A DNA stretch of 64,000 nucleotides from Actinocrinis sp. (GTDB lineage: Bacteria > Actinomycetota > Actinomycetes > Streptomycetales > Catenulisporaceae): the NCBI RefSeq assembly GCF_035946395.1, contig NZ_DASYZI010000140.1:29-64028 (forward strand). Reading direction: 5' to 3'. Below, piece after piece: positions 56,862 through 64,000 of this stretch. Under the pieces are notes generated by a model. The model was not told the DNA's origin and searched no databases. It worked only from the letters and a program-made list of their open reading frames with translations. Numbering within the stretch: the stretch's first letter is position 1; each line of letters begins with the position of its first letter. The position numbers were made by a program, and so were the translations under genes.

Positions 56862-56869
56862 ACACGACG

Positions 56870-57643
56870 ATGGCCAAGCGGATCAACCAGACCGTACTCA
56901 CCGACGCGCTGGAGCGGGAGTTCGCCGCGCGACAGACCGACCGGATCAGCCGGCCGGTCGACCTGCGGCGGCTGGGCCGTACGTGGGGCCGGGCCAGGCG
57001 CGCGGCCCGCCGCGCGCTGCCGCACGATCAGCCCGCCGCGCGGTTGGTCCAGCTGACGCTCGGCCTGCTGGTCTACGGCGTCAGCGAGGCGTTGATGCTC
57101 GCCCCGTCGGTCGGCGTCGACCCCTGGGACGTGTTCCACACCGGCCTTGCCCGGATCACCGGAATCCCGGTCGGCACGGTGCTGATGTTGATCGGCGGCG
57201 TCGTACTGCTGCTGTGGATTCCGTTGCGGCAGTCGCCGGGCGTCGGCACGGTCGCGAACATCTTCGTCATCGGCGTCGCGATCGACGTGCTGCTCGTCGT
57301 GATGCCGGTGCCGCACGCCTTCTGGCTACGCTGGGGCGAGTTCGTCGCGGGTGTCGCCCTCAACGCGGTCGCCACCGGCCTTTACATCGGCGCCGGGCTC
57401 GGGGCCGGCCCGCGCGACGGCCTGACCACCGGCCTCGGCAGACGCGGCCGCTCGATCCGGGTCGCGCGCACCGGGATCGAGCTGTCGGTCCTCGCCGCGG
57501 GCTGGCTGCTGGGCGGCAACGTCGGCGCGGGCACCGTCGTCTACGCGGTCGGCATCGGCCCGCTCGTACACGTGACGATCCCGTGGTTCGCCCGGGAACG
57601 GGTCTGGCCGGGCGCGCTTTCAAGATCTCCGTCGGGCTCCTAG
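56870..57643 (+). CDS. YczE/YyaS/YitT-family membrane protein
   Basis: GVDPWDVFHTGL, LWIPLRQSPGVGT..N and GAGLGAGPRDGL..G. Confidence 0.9.
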   Translation: MAKRINQTVLTDALEREFAARQTDRISRPVDLRRLGRTWGRARRAARRALPHDQPAARLVQLTLGLLVYGVSEALMLAPSVGVDPWDVFHTGLARITGIPVGTVLMLIGGVVLLLWIPLRQSPGVGTVANIFVIGVAIDVLLVVMPVPHAFWLRWGEFVAGVALNAVATGLYIGAGLGAGPRDGLTTGLGRRGRSIRVARTGIELSVLAAGWLLGGNVGAGTVVYAVGIGPLVHVTIPWFARERVWPGALSRSPSGS

Positions 57644-58098
57644 GCGCCCTGGTCCAGCTCGACTCCCAGCTTCGCCGCGAGCGACCGCAGGACCACGTCC
57701 TGCGCCACGAGGTGCGCGGCGACCTGCTCCTGGCCGTGCAGCAGCGCCTCTGTGTCCTTATACGTCGCCTCGGAGCGCTTGTCCGCCGCGTCGGCCTGCA
57801 CGTTCTGGCCGACCATGATGATCGACAGCAGCACCAACTGTAGGAAGGTCTGGGCGATCCACGCGATCAGAGACGAGGCGCCGCCGCGGATCGCCGCCGG
57901 AAGGCTGATCAGGTCCATGGCGGCGAACGCGTAGGCGCACCACATGCTGCCGACCACCTTGGTCACGACGAGCGCGAGCCGCGTGTTGAAGCGGGCGAGC
58001 GGGTTGGCCGTGTTGTGCTGGTCTGCCACCTTGATCGGGCCGTGCGCCTTGCGGTGCTCGATGTGCGGGTGGACCACGTGGTCGTAAAGGCTGGTCAT
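57640..58098 (-). CDS. DUF1003-type small membrane protein
   Basis: VVGSMW.AY.F...FLQLVLLSIIMVGQNVQA. Confidence 0.8.
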   Translation of the reverse strand: MTSLYDHVVHPHIEHRKAHGPIKVADQHNTANPLARFNTRLALVVTKVVGSMWCAYAFAAMDLISLPAAIRGGASSLIAWIAQTFLQLVLLSIIMVGQNVQADAADKRSEATYKDTEALLHGQEQVAAHLVAQDVVLRSLAAKLGVELDQGA

Positions 58099-58228
58099 TG
58101 TCGAATGTTCCCCTCTGGTCGCCGTTTGTCCCTGTTCGACCGTGGTCCGGACCTGAGCGCGCCGGATCGCGAGTCGGGACAGGCTAGCGCCTCGGCGGCG
58201 GGAGCGGCATCGAGCGGGACAAGGGGTC

Positions 58229-58255
58229 TTGACGCGCCAACTGGACTAGACCATT
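58229..58255 (+). promoter_or_regulatory. TTGACG -35 followed by a DasR-type box (second chitinase promoter)
   Basis: TTGACG at 58229-58234 and ACTGGACTAGACCATT at 58240-58255. Confidence 0.82.
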
Positions 58256-58364
58256 GTCTGTTGGTGCACGGTGCTACGGCGACGCACCGGGCGTGTACGA
58301 ACGCGCAGTCCCCGCACGGGGCAGCGCACGGCCGCCCCGTCGTCCCGCCGAAGGAGAGCCCTCC

Positions 58365-59867
58365 GTGGCCCGCACCCAACTCCGCAACGCCCTAAAGCGC
58401 AGACAGTTCTACGCGATCGGCGCAGCGCTTGCCGCCCTCGTGCTGCCGGCGGCCGTGTACCTGGCCGCCGCTCCCGCGTCGGCCGCCGCCAACCTGCTGA
58501 CCAACCCCGGCTTCGAGACGGGCAGCCTGTCCGGCTGGACCTGTGACGCGGGCACCGCGACGGTGGTCTCCTCGCCGGTGCACTCCGGGTCGTACGCGCT
58601 CTCCGGCACGCCGACCTCGTCTGCGGACGCGCAGTGCACGCAGACCGTGTCGGTGCAGGCCAACACCAGCTACACGCTGTCCGGTTACGTCGAGGGCTCA
58701 TACGTCTACATCGGCGTGACCGGCGGCAGCTCGACCTGGACGCCGTCTGCCACCTCGTACCAGCAGCTGTCGGTGACGTTCACCACCACCGCGTCGCAGA
58801 CCTCGATTCAGGTCTTCGTACACGGCTGGTACGCGCAGCCCACCTACTACGCCGACGACCTGTCGCTGAGCGGCCCGGGTGGCACCGGCGGCTCGACTCC
58901 GCCGTCGACCCCGGCCTCCTCGCCGCCGGCGTCGCATTCGGCCAGCCCGAGCCCGAGTCCGTCCTCCACGGGCGTCGGCGTCGGCGGATCGGTCGGCAAG
59001 GTGGCGCCGTACGTCGACATGTCGAACAACCAGGAGCCGATGCTGTACTCGGCGGCCAAGGCGGGCATGAAGTCGTACACCGCGGCCTTCGTGATCGGTT
59101 CCGGCTGCACCCCGATCTGGGGCGACACGCTTCCGGTCACCAACGACCCGACCATGGACGGCGACATCTCCACCGCCAAGTCCGACGGCGCGACGCCGAT
59201 CGTGTCCTTCGGCGGCGCGGGCGGCAGCGAACTGGCGATGACCTGCACCACGGTCTCCAGCCTCCAGGCCGCCTACCAGTCGGTGATTAGCCACCTGGGC
59301 ATCAACCACATCGACTTCGACATCGAAGGCGCGCCGCTCGACTACACCGCCAACAACGACACCCGCTTCAAGGCCATCAACGGCCTGGAGTCCGCCAACC
59401 CCGGCCTGGTGGTCTCGGTGACCCTGCCGGTGCTGCCCACCGGCCTGGCTTCGGACGGCGTGGCGTTCCTCAACCTGGCCAAGCAGGACGGCACCCGCAT
59501 CGACCTGATCAACGTCATGGCGATGGACTACGGCTCGTCCTTCACCGGCGACATGGGACAGGAGGCCATCCAGGCCGCGCAGAGCACGCTGACCCAGGCC
59601 AAGGCCGACTGGTCCGGCGACACCTACGCCAACATCGGCGTCACCCCGATGATCGGGCAGAACGACAACTCCGCCGAAGTGTTCAGCGAGGCCAACGCGC
59701 AGGCCCTGGTCAACTGGGCGGACGGCAACCACCTCGGCCGCCTGGCGTTCTGGTCGGTGGACCGCGACCAGCCGTGCTCCGGCTCGGCCAGCGGCCTGCC
59801 CGCCTGCTCCGAGATCTCGCAGAGTCCGCTGGACTTCACCAAGATCTTCGACGGCTACAGCGGCTGA
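58365..59867 (+). CDS. Secreted GH18 chitinase with CBM4/9-type module, paralog of 53220-54776
   Basis: AAGGAG RBS and GTG at 58365; NLLTNPGFETG module; VSFGG, IDFDIE and NVMAMDYG. Confidence 0.93.
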   Translation: MARTQLRNALKRRQFYAIGAALAALVLPAAVYLAAAPASAAANLLTNPGFETGSLSGWTCDAGTATVVSSPVHSGSYALSGTPTSSADAQCTQTVSVQANTSYTLSGYVEGSYVYIGVTGGSSTWTPSATSYQQLSVTFTTTASQTSIQVFVHGWYAQPTYYADDLSLSGPGGTGGSTPPSTPASSPPASHSASPSPSPSSTGVGVGGSVGKVAPYVDMSNNQEPMLYSAAKAGMKSYTAAFVIGSGCTPIWGDTLPVTNDPTMDGDISTAKSDGATPIVSFGGAGGSELAMTCTTVSSLQAAYQSVISHLGINHIDFDIEGAPLDYTANNDTRFKAINGLESANPGLVVSVTLPVLPTGLASDGVAFLNLAKQDGTRIDLINVMAMDYGSSFTGDMGQEAIQAAQSTLTQAKADWSGDTYANIGVTPMIGQNDNSAEVFSEANAQALVNWADGNHLGRLAFWSVDRDQPCSGSASGLPACSEISQSPLDFTKIFDGYSG

Positions 59868-59878
59868 GCCGCCCGCGC

Positions 59879-59916
59879 GTCGCCCGCTCGCACGCACCGC
59901 AGTGCGAGCGGGCGAC
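59879..59916 (+). terminator. 15-bp perfect hairpin after the chitinase gene
   Basis: GTCGCCCGCTCGCAC (59879-59893) and GTGCGAGCGGGCGAC (59902-59916). Confidence 0.75.
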
Positions 59917-59936
59917 CGCCGTCGTTCGACGGAGCC

Positions 59937-60182
59937 ATGCTCTCCGACCTGCAACGCAAGAAAGCTCCAGCTGCGCTTCGCGCTCCTCGACACCGACGGC
60001 GACAGCCGATTGACTCAACAGGACTACGAACTGGTGTCAGCGTCCTGGGTATCGCCGTCACGGTCGTCGTGGCCGTCGCTATGCTGATCCTCGACATCGA
60101 CTTGCAGGGCGCATACGGCAGTGTGTTCAGCGTCTCACGGGTGCCGCTGGAGACCGTCGAGCAGCAGTTGGCAGCCGTGTAG
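59937..60182 (+). pseudogene. Frameshifted, truncated EF-hand calcium-binding protein joined to a hydrophobic fragment
   Basis: GGAG RBS then MLSDLQRKK; one extra base shifts into LQLRFALLDTDGDSRLTQQDY (EF-hand loop DxDxD). The original frame later reads a TM-like VLGIAVTVVVAVAMLIL. Confidence 0.6.
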
Positions 60183-60253
60183 TGAGTACGGGCTCGGACA
60201 CTCGGACGAACATGCTCTTCGCTCAACCGAGCCTTGCACGCTAACCTGGCGAT

Positions 60254-60478
60254 ATGCCGAGATACGAGTACCGATGCCGCGCCTGTGGCGACACCTTTGA
60301 GGAGACCCGCCCGATGAGCGAGGCCTCCGCCCCGATCGACTGCCCCAGCGGGCACTCCGACACGGTCAAGCTCTTCTCCATGGTCGCGGTCGGCGGCCTG
60401 GCGAGCGCCAAGGGCGCCGTGAGCCGTTCCGCCTCAAGCGGCGGCGGATGCTGTGGCGGGGCCTGCGGCTGCGGCTGA
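60254..60478 (+). CDS. FmdB-family zinc-ribbon protein
   Basis: MPRYEYRCRACG..FE...CPSGH and a Cys/Gly tail GGGCCGGACGCG. Confidence 0.9.
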   Translation: MPRYEYRCRACGDTFEETRPMSEASAPIDCPSGHSDTVKLFSMVAVGGLASAKGAVSRSASSGGGCCGGACGCG

Positions 60479-60567
60479 GCGTCCGTTCCCGCTAGGCTGC
60501 GATAAGGACCGGGTGACCCCGTCGGTCCGTACACGGCTCTCACGACAGGCCAAGGAGGCGCCCAGCC

Positions 60568-62052
60568 ATGAGCGAGGAACGCACGCCAGACAAGCCGGTC
60601 AAGGGCCGCAAGAACGGACTGTACGGCGGTATATCTGACGAGCTTGGGGCCGGGATGCGCTCGGGCTGGGCCGACACCGAACGGCACGACCTGGAGCCCT
60701 CGGAGCCGTCCGGTTACGCAGCCAAGCGCCGCAAGGCGGTGTCCGCCGCCTTCCCCGGCGAGCGGATCATCATTCCGGCGGGACGGCTGAAGACCCGGTC
60801 GAACGACCTGGACTACACGTTCCGCGCCGCGAGCGACTACGCCTATCTGACCGCCGATCAGACCGAGAACAGCGTCCTCGTGCTTGAGCCGCTGCCGGAC
60901 GGCGGCCACCTCGCCACGCTGTACCTGCTGCCACGCTCGAACCGGGAGAACGGCGAGTTCTGGCTCGACGGCCAGGGAGAGCTGTGGGTCGGCCGCCGCC
61001 GCTCGCTCGCCGAGGCGGCCGTCGAGCTCGGCTTGGAGATCCGGGACAGCCGCGAGGCCGCCGCGCGCATCGCCGAGGCGATCGCCGCCGCGCCGAACGT
61101 ACCGACCCGCATCCTGCGCGGCCACGACCTGCCCCTCGACGCGGCCCTGGCCGAGGCCGACGTGGTCCGCCGGGAAGAGGCGCAGCCGGCGGCCGAGCGC
61201 GACGAAGAGCTCAAGGTGTTCATGCACGGCCTGCGCCTGGTCAAGGACGACTGGGAGATCGAGCAGTTGCGCAAGGCCTGCGAGATCACCGTGCACGGTT
61301 TCGAGGACGTGGTCCGCGAGCTGGCCGCGGCCGTGGCCACGTCCGAGCGGTGGATCGAGGGCACCTTCTGGCGGCGCGCCCGCGTCGAGGGCAACGGCGT
61401 CGGCTACAACTCGATCGCCGCCGCCGGGCCGAACGCGACGATCCTGCACTGGATCCGCGACGACGGCGCGGTACGCCCCGGCGAACTGCTGCTGCTCGAC
61501 GCCGGAGCCGAGACCGAGGAACTGTACAGCGCCGACGTCACTCGCACCCTGCCGATCTCCGGCGAGTTCACCGAGCTCCAGCGCAAGATCTACCAGGCCG
61601 TGTACGACGCGCAGGAGGCGGGCATCGCCGCCGTCCGCCCCGGCGCCCGGTTCCGCGACTTCCACGAGGCCGCGCAACGGGTGCTGGCCGAGCGGCTGGT
61701 CGAGTGGGGCCTGCTGGACGGCCCGGTGGACCGGGTGCTCGAACTCGCCCTGCACCGCCGGTACACCCTGCACGGCACCGGCCACATGCTCGGCCTCGAC
61801 GTGCACGACTGCGCCGACGCCCGCTGCGAGGACTACGTGGACGGCGTCCTCGAACCCGGCATGGTGCAGACCGTCGAGCCAGGGCTCTACTTCCAGCGCG
61901 ACGACTTGACGGTGCCCGAGGAGTACCGCGGCATCGGCGTGCGCATCGAGGACGACATCCTGGTCACCGCCGACGGCAACGAGAACCTGTCCGGCGGCCT
62001 GCCGCGCAGCGTCGACGCGATCGAAGCCTGGATGCGCTCGCTGCGCGGCTGA
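60568..62052 (+). CDS. pepP: Xaa-Pro aminopeptidase (M24B)
   Basis: LRLVKD..EI, GPNATILHW, LLLDAG..YSADVTRT, HGTGHMLGLDVHD, TVEPGLYF and GVRIEDD. Confidence 0.93.
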   Translation: MSEERTPDKPVKGRKNGLYGGISDELGAGMRSGWADTERHDLEPSEPSGYAAKRRKAVSAAFPGERIIIPAGRLKTRSNDLDYTFRAASDYAYLTADQTENSVLVLEPLPDGGHLATLYLLPRSNRENGEFWLDGQGELWVGRRRSLAEAAVELGLEIRDSREAAARIAEAIAAAPNVPTRILRGHDLPLDAALAEADVVRREEAQPAAERDEELKVFMHGLRLVKDDWEIEQLRKACEITVHGFEDVVRELAAAVATSERWIEGTFWRRARVEGNGVGYNSIAAAGPNATILHWIRDDGAVRPGELLLLDAGAETEELYSADVTRTLPISGEFTELQRKIYQAVYDAQEAGIAAVRPGARFRDFHEAAQRVLAERLVEWGLLDGPVDRVLELALHRRYTLHGTGHMLGLDVHDCADARCEDYVDGVLEPGMVQTVEPGLYFQRDDLTVPEEYRGIGVRIEDDILVTADGNENLSGGLPRSVDAIEAWMRSLRG

Positions 62053-62117
62053 GCGGCCCGCACGTCCCGTGCCTGCAAGCTGATTCCGGCCAGGCACCCG
62101 AACAGCAGCGCCCTGAT

Positions 62118-62400
62118 CACAGTGTCTCCCGGCGTGCCGTCATCGCCGACGCCCGTCGCCGTCGCGCAGGCCAAGCCGATTGACACGTCGCTGGCCGCGC
62201 CAGCCGGCGACGCAAGGAGCAGCGACATCAAGCATGTCGCGGTCCTGATGCAGGGGAAACGTTCCTTCGACCTCTGCTTCAGTACCCTGCCCGGCGTGGC
62301 TGCTTCAGCGACCCGGCCTCCGACCAGTTTGCCGTTCAGTGTGGGTGGATTCCGTTACTCGGGTACGCTCGGCCACACTTCGGTGCTGCGCTTGATCGAG
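62118..62400 (+). pseudogene. Relic of a Tat-exported phospholipase C/phosphoesterase gene
   Basis: SRRAVI twin-Arg-like motif (shifted frame), SDIKHVAVLMQGKRSFDLCFSTLPGV (compare HVVILMQENRSFDHYFG), and GGFRYSGTLGHTSVLRLIE (compare FDHTSVLRFLE), with the middle missing. Confidence 0.6.
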
Positions 62401-62619
62401 ACCAGGCCCGTGCAGGCGGTGCTCAGCGTCCTGACCGGAACACTGGACGTCGGCATCGCGTACCCGCACGCTAGGAACATCGCCCTCAGTGCCAACGCCG
62501 TTGCGGCGTGTCATGGGCGTCCCATGGATGGTGTTCAACTCCAAAGAGTTAATCTAAGAACACGTCAGGTCATTCAAGCACCTAATGTCGCCTGCGTGAC
62601 AGTACCCGTAGCGCAGCGC

Positions 62620-63882
62620 GTGCCAAACCATACGCTCAGAGCGATCCGTCTTGCCCTGCGGATGAGCCAGAGCGAGTTCGCCTCTGCCGTCCGGCACGCG
62701 GGCGGCGTGCTCGGCGAGCCGAATACTTGCAACAAACGTCTCGTGCAGAAGTGGGAGTCGGGCGAACATACGGACTGCCGCCCGAACTACAAGCGCGCGT
62801 TGCAGGCGGTGACCCGCACGCCATATGAACAGCTCGGGTTCTCCGGCGCGGCGGCCCCGCTGCCGGACGCTCCGCTGCTGACCGGGCGGCTCGGCGGCGT
62901 GCTGCACCGCCACGCGGCGCAGCCGCTGCCGGGCGTCGTCGGGGAGCCGGGGGACCGGCTGCGCTTCGCGTTGGAGCGGCCCGGTCACGTCGACAACGAG
63001 GCGATCGCCATCGTCGAGACGAACACCGAGCGCTTGTTCGCGCTCGAACACCATCGTGCCGCGCGTACGATCGCCGGCGCCGTCAATCGGCACATCGACG
63101 ACGTGGCCAGGTTGTTGGCCGGAACCCGCCGCGAGCCGGTGCGGCGCAGGCTGGCCGTGGTGGGCGGCCGGTCGGCGGCGCTGGCCGGGTGGCTCGCGTT
63201 CGACCGCGGCGACGCGGCCAGCGCGCATCAGTACTGGGATTCGTCTCTGGCGGCGGCGCGCTACGCGGCTGACGGCCCGTTGCTGGCGTGCGTGTTGACG
63301 TACCTGTCGTATTCGGCGGCGGAGCGCGGCGACCCGGCCACCGCGTGGCAGTTGGCGCACACGGCGGTCTCGCACGCGGGCCGGGACCCGCGGGCGCGCG
63401 CGTGGATGGCGGGCCGGGCCGCCGAGGAGGCCGCGACGCTGGGTGAGCGCGCCGCGGCGCTGTCCGAGCTCGAACTCGCCCTCTCGCTCGGCTCCGACCT
63501 GCCGACGCCGACCCCCGACGACGACACGCTGCCCTGGCTGCGGTTCTTCGACACCAAACGGCTGGCCGCGATAGCGGCGAACGTGCACGGCAGGCTCGGC
63601 GACGTCCAGGCCGCCGTCGAGGCCGCCGAGTGGGCGATGCGCACGCTGGGCACCGAGCAGGTCAAGGTTCGCGCGGTCGTGCTCGCCGAGGTCGCATGCG
63701 CGGCGGCCCGCGCCGGGCAACTCGACCTGGTCGAACAGGTCGTCTTCGAAGCCGCGGACCTGGCGGACGGACTTGAGGTGACGCTCGCGCGCCGCAAGCT
63801 GCGCGCACTGCTACAACTACTCGGGCCGTACCGCGCGTCCGTCATCGCCCGCCGGGTCGTCGACCGGCTCGACGTGGAGTGA
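62620..63882 (+). CDS. XRE-type HTH regulator with TPR-like domain, paralog of 36274-37950
   Basis: LRAIRLALRMSQSEFA...VQKWESG...YKRALQAV (HTH); AGWLAFDRGD..SAHQY...LAAAR helical domain. Confidence 0.8.
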   Translation: MPNHTLRAIRLALRMSQSEFASAVRHAGGVLGEPNTCNKRLVQKWESGEHTDCRPNYKRALQAVTRTPYEQLGFSGAAAPLPDAPLLTGRLGGVLHRHAAQPLPGVVGEPGDRLRFALERPGHVDNEAIAIVETNTERLFALEHHRAARTIAGAVNRHIDDVARLLAGTRREPVRRRLAVVGGRSAALAGWLAFDRGDAASAHQYWDSSLAAARYAADGPLLACVLTYLSYSAAERGDPATAWQLAHTAVSHAGRDPRARAWMAGRAAEEAATLGERAAALSELELALSLGSDLPTPTPDDDTLPWLRFFDTKRLAAIAANVHGRLGDVQAAVEAAEWAMRTLGTEQVKVRAVVLAEVACAAARAGQLDLVEQVVFEAADLADGLEVTLARRKLRALLQLLGPYRASVIARRVVDRLDVE

Positions 63883-64000
63883 AGGCGACCGGGTGAGCTG
63901 TCTGAACCATCCGAGTACTGCTAGACCTGGGTCCGGCGCGGATTGGCGACGCTGTCGGGCCACAGGGTCTGATCGGCGCGGTGCGCGTTGCCGGCCCACC

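Noticed and set aside
53220-59867. Acid-adapted catalytic substitution in the chitinases
   Set aside because: The changed residue (Thr or Asn) is the first position of DxxDxDxE, not the Asp whose change to Asn is associated with acidic optima; the DxDxE core is intact.
62122-63882. Single 586-aa protein
   Set aside because: The N-terminal part is a decayed phospholipase relic plus AT-rich promoter-like DNA that happens to be open; the HTH starts near 62620.
63883-64000. Possible 3' end of a minus-strand gene at the window edge
   Set aside because: Too short and without a recognisable motif to support a call.

Overview
A gene-dense, high-GC actinobacterial chromosomal segment. The enzyme set (S53 and G1 acid proteases, GH28, twin GH18 chitinases) suggests an acidophilic filamentous soil actinomycete such as Catenulispora or Actinospica; this is inference only. 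I found no rRNA, tRNA, CRISPR array, integrase or transposase. Main blocks, left to right: a secreted ricin-GH28 polygalacturonase (5'-truncated); a divergent ArsC/LMW-PTP; an SGNH lipase; a PAP2 protein, class E sortase and HAD phosphatase; a lipid-linked surface-glycosylation cluster (YfhO-like GT-C, GT2, methyltransferase, GT4, flippase-like protein); an osmoprotectant ABC transporter whose binding-protein gene is cut off from the rest by an oppositely oriented four-gene conservon; kumamolisin-like S53 and RNase Z; an orphan EccE-like gene divergent from a LysM-BTAD membrane protein and a MinD-like ATPase; Pip and a GH13 alpha-glucosidase; a whiB / XRE-TPR regulator / nitric oxide synthase module; a G1 peptidase; orphan kdpE with a kdpD relic and a broken Nramp-related gene; a PknG-like kinase-PP2C-vWA-FHA operon; an Xre-DUF397-SAM methyltransferase trio; two paralogous chitinases with DasR-type boxes flanking MocR-YczE-DUF1003; FmdB and aminopeptidase P; EF-hand and phospholipase C relics; and a second XRE-TPR regulator. 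The best candidates for an undescribed system are the WhiB-XRE/TPR-NOS module (35.4-39.4 kb) and the T7SS-derived EccE-like/LysM-BTAD/MinD triad (26.5-31.9 kb). A window-wide signal is the recurrence of unrelated, degenerate 15- or 18-bp tandem arrays in leaders and protein linkers. All family calls come from motif recognition by eye; no database search was run.
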